Source: Octopus sinensis
Lineage: Eukaryota
NCBI RefSeq assembly: GCF_006345805.1
Contig: NC_043020.1
Coordinates: 5,704,001 to 5,768,000, forward strand
DNA: 64,000 nt
Direction: 5' to 3'
Shown here: positions 1 to 11,449 of the stretch, piece by piece
Layout: each line of letters opens with the position of its first letter
How positions within the stretch are numbered: the stretch's first letter is position 1
Position numbers and translations under genes: made by a program
The notes under the pieces: model-generated
What the model was told of the DNA's origin: nothing
Database searches by the model: none
The model's input: the letters and a program-made list of their open reading frames with translations, nothing else

Positions 1-48
1 ACACACACACACATAAATTCATATATATATGTATATATATATGTATAT

Positions 49-90
<42 letters not shown>

Positions 91-110
91 TAGGTATGGA
101 GAGGAAAAAG

Positions 111-339
111 TCATTCAGTGTGGCCATGCTGGGCAGGATGGAGATCTTTAATGGAACCGTGGCTAGGAGAACAATTGGAGTTGGTGACTAGCGGTGAGTC
201 CCAGCGTTCGTGGCTGACCCCCGGGGCCAGATGCACAATCTGCACGTGAACGGCTTGATGCTTTTCGTGGCGTGGTGGAATGGTAATGGCCTTGTAGGTC
301 ACTTCATCGTCTTCTTTGGGAACATATTCACCCTCGATA
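111..339 (-). CDS. CARHSP1: CARHSP1/CSDC2-like cold-shock domain protein, last coding exon
   Basis: Acceptor tttctgtttcag precedes 339. Translates (D)IEGEYVPKEDDEVTYKAITIPPRHEKHQAVHVQIVHLAPGVSHERWDS...HGHTE-stop (TGA at 113-111). Closely matches the recalled CARHSP1 C-terminus [48 protein letters not shown]. Length 229 nt and phase fit the preceding exon. Confidence 0.95.
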
Positions 340-403
340 CTGAAACAGAAATAGATAGATATATATATAAAAATATAGCATAAGAAGGGTGATGAGATAT
401 GAC

Positions 404-760
404 TTAGTTAGTTAGTTAGTTAATTTGGCTCAAAAGCAAATAGCAAGGCCATGTAAGGGGACATGGAGTTAAGTACAGGGTGGTGTTCATGTAAAGAGTT
501 CAGGCCACTTGAGGTCCAGGGAGGCTTTGAACAAAGCGGTCGTCGGCATCTTCACCATCTCGTCTGGCAGCTTGTTCCACGGATCTGCAACCCGGACGGA
601 GAAAGCTCCTCTCCTTTGATTGAGATGAAATCGTCGCAGGTAGAGCTTTTCGGAATGACCCCGCAGCCGACACTCTGGAGCAGGAGTGAAGAACAGCTCT
701 TTCGAGAGGTTACACTTCCCGCTTATGATGTTGTGGGCGAGAATGAGATCGTTTTTCAAG
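404..760 (-). mobile_element. CR1-clade LINE 3' fragment with (TAAC)n tail
   Basis: Minus-strand ORF ...LRGHSEKLYLRRFHLNQRRGAFSVRVADPWNKLPDEMVKMPTTALFKASLD matches the CR1 ORF2 C-terminal pattern (RGH..KL...FS.RV...WN.LP...FK..LD). Short 3' UTR and tetranucleotide tail follow. Confidence 0.85.
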
Positions 761-913
761 AGAGAGAGGGAGAAACTAATAAGCAGATGGTTATACTAAA
801 AACAATGACAGTTTCTTGGTGTCCAAATATCGTAAGAAGACAGCATGCCCTCAAGTGTCAATGTAAAGCGATCCTTGGCACTGCAGTGCTCTTTTTTCCT
901 GCCTGCGTTTATG

Positions 914-948
<35 letters not shown>

Positions 949-1102
949 ATAATAATATTAGGGAGTAAATCCAAACTTACAGGGAAAAAATAGCTTTAGG
1001 ATTAAATCTAATTTTACAGTATAAATATAAATTAAATTAAATTAGAGATAAAACCACTATTAGGCAAATCAAACAGTGAAAAACATAAACCAACAAACAC
1101 CA

Positions 1103-1307
1103 TCCGATCGTGGCCATGCCAGCCTGGCCTGGCCTCTGTGTCGGTGGCACATAAAAAGCACCCACTACACTCACGGAGTGGTTGGCGTTAGGAAGGGCAT
1201 CCAGCTGTAGAAACACCGCCAGATCTGACTGGCCTGGTGCAGCCTTCGGGCTTCCCAGACCCCAGTTGAACCGTCCAACCCATGCTAGCATGGAAAGCGG
1301 ACGTTAA

Positions 1308-1338
<31 letters not shown>
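1103..1338 (+). mobile_element. Family A retroposon ((TGA)n tail)
   Basis: Body ...ttggcgttaggaagggcatccagctgtagaaac...gcatggaaagcggacgttaaa(tga)n recurs more than 12 times in the window. Confidence 0.8.
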
Positions 1339-1849
1339 GATTGTCAGAATAATTAATGTGAAATATGAATACAGCGAATATTAATATTGATATTTGATTG
1401 AAAATTAGAAAGTTTTAGTCATAAATTGCCCACTATTCCAGATTCAGTTCACCAATAATTCAATACCCTTAAGGCTTAAAAATTGTTTCAACTCTTTTAT
1501 TGATCCCTGGGGTAGCCACACTGACCTCTAGGGGTCAATACTGGCCACTCTGTTGTTCCCTTAGTTTAAACAATCCCTGAATGTTAAGAAAAATTCAGTA
1601 ATATTGTATTAGTATATTCTGATATTTAATGTGAAATATGTTTGGTGACTATCCCGTTAATATTGCATCAATATTTGGGTGGAAATTAATGAGTTTTAGC
1701 CTTGAATTACCCCCACTCTTCCAGGTACAGTTTTTGTAAAAATTCAGTACCCTTAATGGTTAAAATCATTTATCAGCCCTAGGGGTCAATATTGACCACT
1801 TTGCAAATCCCTGATATAGATAATGATTTAGACAAACCAAAATACTCAC

Positions 1850-1975
1850 TCAGAAATATGAACAAACAATGAAACACTTGAAGGATCTTCAGGTTGAATA
1901 AAACCATGACCCTTTTCTCGACAGAATTCTTTCACTTTACCTCGAACAGTTGGACCACATTTTGCTCTTTCGGAT
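1850..1975 (-). CDS. CARHSP1: CARHSP1/CSDC2-like, middle coding exon (cold-shock domain core)
   Basis: Acceptor tttcag before 1975 and donor GTGAGT after 1850. 126 nt, phase 2/2, encoding SERAKCGPTVRGKVKEFCREKGHGFIQPEDPSSVSLFVHIS(D) with RNP1-like KGHGFI and RNP2-like LFVHISD. Missed by the ORF track because it has no ATG. Confidence 0.95.
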
Positions 1976-2190
1976 CTGAAATTCAAACCAAAACATGTAT
2001 CAATAACCAATCAGTCAATCAATCAATCCAATGAAATAATTCTTCAAATCCTGAAGCCTGGGGCAAACACAGGGGCACAGAAAGGGATGTAACACCTTTT
2101 ACTCCATCTTTTTTTTATTATCATCCAATCGTATCTTATTCCCATCATCTTCCTTGTCATTCATCAGCCTTTCAGTCAGTTCATGAACTC

Positions 2191-2745
2191 GCCTCGAGTC
2201 AGTTGGCGGGCTCGCCTCGAGTCAGTTCGCAAGCTCGCCTCGAGTCAGTTTGCAAGCTCACCTCGAGTCAGTTCGCAAGCTTGCCTCGAGTCAGTTCGCA
2301 AACTCGCCTCGAGTCAGTTCGCAAGCTCGCCTCGAGTCAGTTCGCAAACTCTCCTCGGGTCAGTTCGCAAACTCTCCTCGGGTCAGTTCGCAAACTCGCC
2401 TCGGGTCAGTTTGCAAAATCGCCTCGAGTCAGCTCCCAAAAAATCGCCTCGAGTCAGCTCCCAAAAAATCACCTCGAGTCAGCTCCCAAAAAATCACCTC
2501 GAGTCAGCTCCCAAAAAATCGCATCGAGTCAGCTCCCAAAAAATCGCCTCGAGTCAGCTCCCAAAAAATCGCCTCGAGTCAGCTCCCAAAAAATCGCATC
2601 GAGTCAGCTCCCAAAAAATCGCATCGAGTCAGCTCCCAAAAAATCGCATCGAGTCAGCTCCCAAAAAATCGCATCGAGTCAGCTCCCAAAAAATCGCATC
2701 GAGTCAGCTCCCAAAAAATCGCATCGAGTCAGCTCACAAACTCAC
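2191..2745. repeat. Intronic minisatellite: 10 x 23 bp, then 12 x 25 bp, then one hybrid unit
   Basis: Units gcctcgagtcagttcgcaagctc (2191-2420) and gcctcgagtcagctcccaaaaaatc (2421-2720), counted by eye. Confidence 0.95.
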
Positions 2746-2938
2746 CTCAAGTCCATTTCAATTTGCTTTAAGATTACTTCAATTTGTAGTTCAAATGGTC
2801 ACCAAGTGCCCAATGAGATGTCTAACAAGGTAAGCAACAAAATTCAATAACATATACAATTAGGTGTGGTTCTAGGAACAACAAGGTACCTTGATGTAAT
2901 CAAGGTACAGTATACAAGGTACACAAATAGGTACTCAC

Positions 2939-3069
2939 GCTGAATAGGTACGACTACGTCTGGTCGGAATTGGACTAGGGATGAGGAACCTGTGCTGAGA
3001 GGCGGGAGAACCAGCCAAAGCAGCATTGTTAACAGCCTGAGTCTGTGGAATATCTCGTACCGACGACAT
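2939..3069 (-). CDS. CARHSP1: CARHSP1/CSDC2-like, first coding exon
   Basis: ATG at 3069, 12 nt after an acceptor (ttgtggcag, exon starts 3081); donor GTGAGT after 2939. Encodes MSSVRDIPQTQAVNNAALAGSPASQHRFLIPSPIPTRRSRTYS(A), containing the family motif PSP.PTRR.RT.S. The three exons total 486 nt = 161 aa plus stop. CARHSP1 versus CSDC2 naming is a paralogue issue. Confidence 0.93.
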
Positions 3070-3189
3070 GTTGGTCTGTGCCTGCCACAAAAAAGACAAA
3101 CATTGTTATGATTTTATGTAAGAAATGTTAGATTATGTAGCATAACAACAGATATGATTAAATTTACATGAGGGACTGTAATTATAATG

Positions 3190-3440
3190 TGGAGGTGCAT
3201 AGCTTGGTGGTTAGGGTGTTGGACTCATGATCGTAAGATTGTGATTTCAATTCCTGGACCGGGCAATGTGCTGTGTTCTTGAGCAAAACACTTCATTTCA
3301 CGTTGCTCCAGTCCACTCAGCTGGCAAAAGTGAGTAACCTTGTGATGAACCAACATCCCGTCCAGGTGGGGGAATTTACAGGCCACTGAAACTGGGAAAC
3401 TGGCCCTTATGAGCCTGGCATAGCTCGAGAAGGAAACATT
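3190..3440 (+). mobile_element. tRNA-derived SINE (family D)
   Basis: A-box-like tagcttggtggttag and B-box-like atttcaattcc, followed by gtgttcttgagcaaaacactt central domain. Confidence 0.65.
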
Positions 3441-3752
3441 CGTGGAGGCACATATGGCCTAGTGGTTAGAGCAGCAGACTTGCAGTCAAGGGATTGTGGG
3501 TTCAAATCTCAGACCGGGTGATGTGTGCATGTTTATGATTGAAACACCTAAGCTCCACGCGGCTCTGGCAGAAGATAATGGCGAACTTCTGCTGACTCAT
3601 TCGCCAGAACCTCCTCTCACTCTTTCCTCCTGCATCTAGCAGTTCACCTGCGACAGACCAGTGTCCCGTCCAGGTGGGGAAACCTATACACCAATGAAAC
3701 CGGGAAACCAACCCTTACGAGCCAGGCATGGCTCAAGAAGGAACAAACAGCA
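3441..3752 (+). mobile_element. tRNA-derived SINE (family E)
   Basis: Head tggcctagtggttagagcagcagac...ggttcaaatc. Same family as 61454-61850. Confidence 0.65.
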
Positions 3753-4075
3753 ATTATTACTTGATGTTTCTACAATAAATATCCTGTGAATTGCTACCTT
3801 TAAATGTGAATGGTACCTTTAGCGGTCAGTGGTACTTTTAGTAGATTAACTCTTTAACCCTTTTGATATCAAACTGCTTGAGACCACCTTAAAATTTACA
3901 GAAAAAGAAAACGCCACTTGCAGTAACTATTACCATAACCATCAACCACAACCGACATTTCCACTACATGTCTTAAGTCCAACCACAACAAATATTCGTT
4001 TCAAATTTGGGCCTAAGGATCAGTAATTTTGGGTAGAGAGTAAGTCAATTATATAAACCCTAGTTTATATAATTT

Positions 4076-4307
4076 AAGGCGGCGAGCTGGCAGAAACGTT
4101 AGCACGCCGGGCGAAATGCTTAGTGGTATTTCGTCTGTCGTTACGTTCTGAGTTCAAATTCCGCCGAGGTCGACTTTGCCTTTCATCCTTTTGGGGTCAA
4201 TAAATTAAGTACCAGTTTCGCATTGGAGTCGATGTAATCTACTTAATCCGTTTGTCTGTCCTTGCTTGTCCCCTCTATGTTTAGCCCCTTGTGGGTAGTA
4301 AAGAAAT
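4076..4307 (+). mobile_element. tRNA-derived SINE (family C)
   Basis: Head ggcgagctggcagaaacgttag...gagttcaaattcc, central gcctttcatcct..ggggtc.ataaattaagtacc, tail gtagtaaagaaat. The sequence tataaaccctagt occurs on both sides. Confidence 0.85.
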
Positions 4308-4950
4308 GTATATAAACCCTAGTGCACCATTGGTACTTTATTTTATTGACCCTGAAAGTCGACTTCACTGAAATTTGAACTCAGGATGTAAAGCTGGACA
4401 AAATGCCACTAACCATTTCACCCAGTGTGCTAACGACTTTGCCGGTTCATCCCCACCTTAGAACCACAATAAATATTGCAAAGTATTTTCTCCCCCACTC
4501 TAATGAATGGACTGAACCATGGCCCTAACCTATATCTTAATGAATAGTTTAATTCATCATACCATCACCATCACTGCCATCACAGACACTAAAACCATCA
4601 CCATCATCATCATTGCTTACTATTCATCATCTTCTTTACCGAAATAACTATTAATATTATTACACCTATAGCCACCATCTCAATTACTACAGCACAGGGA
4701 CTATAAATACAAATACACCCCTCCCCACCACCACCACCAACAACAACTAATTAAACTTACTGGTATGACAAAAGCAACAAACAACCATTGTTAGTACCAC
4801 CACCGCGACCGGCACCACCACCACCATTACGCATAACAACACTTTATATTAGACATGAAATATTAACTCTTCCACAGACCAAATCCATTGCTTATACCCA
4901 TACCACTATTACAACTGTCACCTCCACCACCACCACCACCCAGCAATTAA

Positions 4951-5184
4951 TTAACCGCTTGGCATTCAGATTACTCAGTCAAATGTAATGCTTTTTTTCA
5001 TTCAATTACATTTTTAATTAATCATGCCTTAGTTTGTAACTTCGAAATTTTGATTATGATGTGATTGTATATTTGTAGAATGACATTGAAGGGTAAGCGT
5101 GATAGGCTGGATCTGGCTGGTGAGAACATAAAACAGGTCAGCTTTTTGGGCCGGACACGGCCAGTTCAGATGCTAAAGGATTAA
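4951..5184. mobile_element. TTAA-flanked piggyBac-like MITE (second family)
   Basis: ttaaccgctt...aaaggattaa ends. Related pieces occur at 11743-11944 and 20081-20190. Confidence 0.6.
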
Positions 5185-5221
5185 GCCTAAAAGCATGACA
5201 AAAAATGAATGACTACTACTG

Positions 5222-5257
<36 letters not shown>

Positions 5258-5334
5258 GTCCCATCACCACCACCACCACCTCCTACCACCAGCAGTGAGC
5301 CAACAAAGGAGCTTATATGTGGTTACTCGCCTTG

Positions 5335-5700
5335 CTAGAAACGTGTCACCAGCATGGGCGCCTCACATGTGTCACTGGTATGGATGGCTGCTTCACACAC
5401 AGTCACCAACACAGGCGCTCCACACGCATCACTGGCACTGGTGCCCCACACATCACCAGTATGTGTGCCTCACACATCACTGGCACAATTGCCTCACACA
5501 TGTCACTGGCACAGGTGCCTCACATGTCACTGGCACAGGTGCCTCACTTGTCACTGGCACAGGTGCCTCACATGTCACTGGCACAAGTGCCTCACATGCC
5601 ACAGGTGCCTTTCACATGTCATTGGCACAATTGCCTCACACATGTCACTGTCACAGGTGCCTCACAGGTAACTGGCACAGGTGCCTCACACATGTCATCA
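5335..5700. repeat. 24-bp minisatellite (cacatgtcactggcacaggtgcct)n
   Basis: Degenerate tandem units, most homogeneous at 5495-5600. Resembles the gtgccaccggcacaggtgcc internal motif of family A. Confidence 0.85.
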
Positions 5701-5784
5701 GCACTGACCATGACTACAATTTCACTCAGCTTGTCATGTCTTTTCAAGCACAGCAAATCACAAAACGTCTCTCTCACTTGTAAC

Positions 5785-5809
<25 letters not shown>

Positions 5810-5818
<9 letters not shown>

Positions 5819-6030
5819 GTTTCGAATTTTTGTCACAATGGCAGCTTGGGGGAGGGGATTAAGTTGATTACATTGACCCCAGTGATTAACTGGTACTTAT
5901 TAATTTGACCCCGAAAGGATGAAAGGCAAAGTCGACCTCAGTGGAATTTGAACTCAGAACGTAGCGGCAGATGAAATACTGCTAAGCATTTCACCCGGCG
6001 TGCTAACAGTTCTGCCAGCTCGCCACCTTT
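5810..6030 (-). mobile_element. SINE family C (alternative tail type)
   Basis: Reverse complement of the family C head and core with an (ATT)n-associated tail. Confidence 0.75.
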
Positions 6031-6597
6031 TTAATAATAGTAATAATAATAATGACGATTTCAAGGGCAAAGGATGAGGGACAATACAATGAAAGACATA
6101 ATAATACTTCTACGACACCACTGTAGCACCTACTACCACTTGAGCTAGCTTTATTACTAACACCACTACTAGCAGTACTATAGCCACCACTAACACCACG
6201 ACCAATCCTAGCATGCTATTGGTACCATGACCACCACTGCTGTACTATTGCTATTACTATCACTAAAGCCATTGCTACAATAGCTACTACTACCATCACC
6301 ACCACAACTACTACTACTACTACTACTACCACCAGTTTCAGCTCAGCAACAATGTTTCAATAAATTATTGTTTTGGCCAGGAAGGGTGGCAGTCAGAGGA
6401 AAGGCATCGGTGAACAGAGAGGGGCAGACAGAGACTGCTAGTGATAAAAGATATTGATTTATGTAGATAGAGTATCAATATGTTTGTATCAAAGAGTCTT
6501 TAAAGTGTTATCACATGAGTGAGAGAGAGAGAGGGACACACAGGTAGATAGGTAAGTGGGTGGATGGGTGGCTGGATGGATGGATAAAAAAGAGTGC

Positions 6598-7095
6598 TAG
6601 TTAGACAGACAGACACAGATAGACAGAGAAATGTAGATAGATAGAGAGATATAGATAGTTAGATAGATATAGATAGACAGACTTTTCAAGATAGAGATAG
6701 ACAGACAGCTAGATATAGATAGACAAACAGATAGATAGATAGACAAATAGATAGATAGATATAGATAGACAGACAGATAGATATAGATAGATAGACACAC
6801 AGATATAGACAGACGGATATAGATAGATAGACAGACAGATATAGATATAGATAGATAGACATACAGATATAGATAGATAGACATAGATAGACAGACAGAT
6901 ATAGATAGATAGACATGCCGATAGACATAGATAGACAAACAGATATAGATAGATAGACATAGATAGACAGGCAGATAGAGATAGACAGGCAGATATAGAT
7001 AGATATACAGACATATATAGATAGATATAGACAGAAAGATATAGATAGACTGACAGACAGAGATAGATAGTTAGACAGACAGATAGATGCATAAC
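6598..7095. repeat. Compound (GATA)/(GACA) microsatellite
   Basis: Read directly. Confidence 0.95.
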
Positions 7096-7699
7096 TAGAG
7101 AGAGAGACGGATAAGAATGAATAAAGACGTAATGTGAAAGAGAAAGTAAGAGAGACAGCAGAGAAAAGTGGGAGGGGGAGGAAGAGATAGTGAGGAAAAA
7201 AGAATGAGGACAGAGAGGGATAGTAGAAGAGGCAGAATGGGAGAGAGGGAGGGAGGTGCAGAAACATGCAATACAGGAGAGAGAGAGAGAGGGGGGAGAG
7301 AGAAGGTGGTGGGGAAGACGGCCATATATGCACATTGGCAATAGGTGCACTGCTAGATCACCTCCGTCAGCTCTTCACACCCTTGCACCCACCACAAACA
7401 AATTCTCCACAGCCCTCCTCCTCATCCTTCGCCTCCTCTTCTTCTTCCACCATCACCAGGTTTAAATCACGTGTTTTCCCCCACCCCACCCCGCCCGCAC
7501 CTCCTGCCACCTGTCCAACGGTTCCTCATCCATCATTCCACCATCCCCCTCGCCTCCTCCTCCTCCCGCGTGCACACACCCGTCATGTGATTCAGAGTTC
7601 TGCTGACAACTTCTAACTTAAAACAACTGGTTGTTGCCAAGATACTCATACCAACCAGCATCCATCCATCCATAAGGCATCTCACTACTGCCATATCAT

Positions 7700-8086
7700 A
7701 TAACTACAATATATATATACATATATATATATACATAATACATATATACATACACACACACATATATATATATACACAAACACATATATATATACACATA
7801 ATACATTTATACATACACATATATATGTACACACACACATATATATATACACACACACATATATATATATACACAAACACATATATATATACACATAATA
7901 CATTTATACATACACATATATGTATACACATAATACATATATACATACACATATATATGTACACACACACATATATACACACACACATATATATATACAC
8001 ACACATATATATACACACATATATATACACACACACATATATATATACACACACATATATATACACACATATATATACACACATAC

Positions 8087-8127
<41 letters not shown>

Positions 8128-8250
8128 CACACACACACACATATATATATACACACACACATATATATATATATACACACACACACACATATATATATAT
8201 ACACACACACATATATATATACATTTACATATATACATATACATATGTGC
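7700..8250. repeat. Compound (TA)n/(CA)n microsatellite
   Basis: Read directly. Similar tracts lie at 16960-17250, 19680-19940, 27520-28150 and 31890-32640. Confidence 0.95.
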
Positions 8251-8254
8251 ATAT

Positions 8255-8600
8255 ATATTCTTTTATTTGTTTCAGTCATTTGACTGCGGCCATGCTGGAG
8301 CACCGCCTTTTAGTCGAGCAAATCACTCCCATGACTTATTCTTTGTAAGCCTAGCGCTTATCCTATTGGTCTCTTTTGGTGAAACATTAAGTTACAGGGA
8401 CGTAAACACACCAACATCAGTTGTCAAGTGATGGCGGTACAAACATATATACATACAACGGGCTTCTTTCAGTTTCCATCTACCAAATCCACTCACAAGG
8501 CTTTGGTCGGCCTGAGGCTATAGCAGAAGACACTTGCCCAAGGTGCCATGGAGTGGGACTGAACCTGCAATCATGTGGTTGGTAAGCAAGCTACTTAATA
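8255..8600 (-). mobile_element. tRNA-derived SINE (family B)
   Basis: Reverse complement of the family B consensus ggagtggctgtgtggtaag...ggttcagtcccactgcgtggcaccttgggcaagtgtctt...gactgaaacaa(gtaaaaga)n. Confidence 0.8.
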
Positions 8601-9026
8601 TATTATAAAATAAATATGGTTTCAAATTTTGCCACAAGAGCAGCAATTCGGGGATAGTGATTAAGTCGATTACATCAACCCCCCCTAGTGTTCAACTGGT
8701 ATTTATTTTATCGACCTTGAAAGGATGAAAGGCAAAGCTGACCTCAGTGGAATTTGAACTCAGTATGTAGCAGCAGGTGAAATACTAAACCCAGCATGCT
8801 AACGATTCTGACAGCTCACTACCTTAACTAATAACAATAATAATAATGATGATGTTGATAATTAATAGTGGCAGACTCAGTATTAATGCCGAAAAGGTAA
8901 TCTTGATATCCAACTAAATATAGAGGTTATGTTAGAACACAGATTACTGTGTTATTTACCTTGAGAGAATCTCTCAGGATTCATCATCATCGTTTAACAC
9001 CTATTTTTTCCATGCTGGCATTGGTT

Positions 9027-9261
9027 CTTACTTCTTTATTGCCCACAAGGGCCTAAACATAGATGGGACAAACAAGGACAAACAAAGGGATTAAGTCGAG
9101 TACATTGACCCCAGTGCATAATTGGTACTTAATTTATCGACCCCAAAAGGATGAAAGGCAAAGTCGACCTTGGCAGAATTTGAACTCAGAACATAACAGC
9201 AGATGAAATACGACTACGCATTTCGCCCGGCGTGCTAACGATTCTACCAGCTTGCTGCCTT
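9027..9261 (-). mobile_element. SINE family C nested inside a family A copy
   Basis: Flanked by tggcattggtt and tggcatgggtt (target-site duplication with one mismatch). Family A sequence continues on both sides. Confidence 0.8.
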
Positions 9262-10010
9262 GGCATGGGTTGGATGGTTTGACAGGAGCTGGCCAACCTG
9301 GGATTTGTCCAGACTCCAATTGTCTGTTGTAGAAGGATTTCTACGGCTGGATGCCCTTCCTAACACCAACCAGAGTATGCTGGGTGCTTTTTATGTGCCA
9401 CCAGCACAGGTGCATTTAATGTGGCCCCGGAGCTTGCCAAATCCTGTCAAAACGTCTGACCCATGCCCGCAAGGAAAACCAACATTAAATTTTGATGATG
9501 ATGTGTTTGTGTGTAGTTTATGTCCAGGCATGGCCATGCGGTAATAAGGCTTTTTACTTGCCAACCACTTGGTTCTGGGTTCAGTCCCACTGCGTGGAAC
9601 TTTGGGCAAGTGTCTTTTACTATAGCCTCGGGCCGACCAAAGCCTTGTGAGTGGATTTGGCAGACAGAAACTGAAAGAAGCCCACCATGTGTGTGTGTGT
9701 GTACAAAGAGGTAGGTGGGAATTGAAAGAAGTCTACTGTGTGTGTATATATATGTGTATATGCACACACATATACATATGTACACACACAAGGGGGAGTT
9801 TTAAAGTTTCTGGTTGTCAGCATATCACAAAAGGCCTGGCTGGGGACCCAACCTTCCAAATTGTTTTACAGGGTTTACAAAAACTGAAGGACCACTGCAA
9901 TAAATGTGTGAATCTGGGAAGGGAATATGTTGAATAAAATCGTAATTAACTGATCCTCCTGGATTTTCTTTTACCCAAAGCTAAGAACTTTTCACTACCC
10001 CCTCATATGT

Positions 10011-10062
<52 letters not shown>

Positions 10063-10120
10063 TAAAATTTTGTTAAAAAGTATGGTATGTAATTTGCAAA
10101 TATAAATCAGAATTAAATAT

Positions 10121-10123
<3 letters not shown>

Positions 10124-10161
<38 letters not shown>

Positions 10162-10460
10162 GTTTAACGTCCGCTTTCCATGCTAGCATGGGTTGGACGG
10201 TTCAACTGGGGTCTGGGAAGCCCGACGGCTGCACCAGGCCCAGTCTGATCTGGCAGTGTTTCTACAGCTGGATGCCCTTCCTAACGCCAACCACTCTGTG
10301 AGTGTAGTGGGTGCTTTTTACGAGCCACCGACACAGGTGCCAGACGAGGCTGCAAACGGCCACATTCGGATGGTGCTTTTTACGTGCCACCGGCACAGAG
10401 GCCAGGCGAGGCTGGCAACGGCCATGATCGGATGGTGTTTGTTATGTGTCACTGGCACTG
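10124..10460 (-). mobile_element. Family A retroposon
   Basis: (CAT)n followed by cgtttaacgtccgctttccatgctagcatgggttggacgg... Confidence 0.8.
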
Positions 10461-10544
10461 GTATCACAACTACAAATTCCATTGATAATATAAATAATAT
10501 ATATAAATATATAAAAGTAAAAGATACTCAGTTCTCATTTGTGA

Positions 10545-10850
10545 ACCTATGGAAAACAAACCTCCACCAACTAATCTGTTTATATGTCTGTGCACACCTT
10601 TGAATGCAGTGTAAGCCAGAAGGTTTGCAAATCTAACGGAGGCCTCAAGAGACATTTTAAGATCCACAAAGAACAGAACTTATTTGCAGCTCTTGGTGGT
10701 CCAAATCGGAGGTGCAATCTATGTGGGTGTCTTTTCAGAACATTGTCTGGTTCAAAAAGCCACATCAGATGGATGGTTCTAAGGTGTAGGTGCAGGAGGT
10801 GGTCAAACTGTGCATAAGGAGTAGACAACCACCATATCATCGAAACAAGT
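10545..10850 (+). mobile_element. Decayed LINE (probably RTE-like) 3' end with two C2H2-type fingers
   Basis: FECSVSQKVCKSNGGLKRHFKIH and CNLCGCLFRTLSGSKSHIRW, both with a damaged ligand residue and no TGEKP linker. A homologous finger lies at 54952-55020. Confidence 0.5.
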
Positions 10851-11417
10851 AAAGAATATATACACACACACACATATGCATATGTCTGTGTTTTTGTACT
10901 CGTGTCTCCTTGTTTTGAGAACATGTCCATCCATGGGGAAAATATTACTACGCTTGGAATGAGGTGAGGGTTGGCAACAGGAAGGGCATCCAGCCGTAGA
11001 AAAATACGCTTCAATAAACTCTGCCCAACCCACGCAAACATGGAAAAGTGAACATATTAAAAGGATGAAGATGATGATGTATATGTATTTCTGAAGCTGG
11101 TAAATACTAACCTCTCCAACCACACACACATTCATCCTGACCAAATACTTCTAGCTCTATGGAATCGGTGCAATAATAAGGAAGTAACACAGTTATACAA
11201 CTGCTACTAATACCAACGTACACATTTTATTGGTGTTTATTTTTATGCTATGCAGATTTTGTTCACGTGAGTGTATGAGAGAGAGAGAGAGAGAGAGCTG
11301 GGCAGTCTCTTGGGGAGAGAGAGCAAATATTTCTAATCATAAACCCAGTTTCCAAGCAATACAATATTACTGTGATTATTTTAGAAGCAAAAAAAAAATA
11401 ATTTTAAATTAGAAGAA

Positions 11418-11449
<32 letters not shown>

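Noticed and set aside
2191-2745. CRISPR-like regular repeats
   Set aside because: Units are head-to-tail with no unique spacers, there are no cas genes and the context is eukaryotic.
2183-2850. Three overlapping ORFs of 173-216 aa
   Set aside because: They are translations of a stop-free minisatellite lying antisense in an intron. Open frames in all three phases are a repeat artefact.
5295-5862. ORFs of 105-181 aa (HMSLAQVP repeats)
   Set aside because: Translation of the 24-bp minisatellite.
6597-8348. Many Y/I/V/C/H-rich ORFs (likewise at 14.5-15 kb, 17 kb, 19.7 kb, 25.9-28.2 kb, 37.4-38 kb and 43.4 kb)
   Set aside because: Microsatellite translations with no splice or domain support.
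10584-10817. Member of the host C2H2 zinc-finger gene expansion
   Set aside because: Ligand residues are mutated, the linker is not TGEKP-like and there are only two fingers with no gene structure. Kept only as a probable LINE relic.
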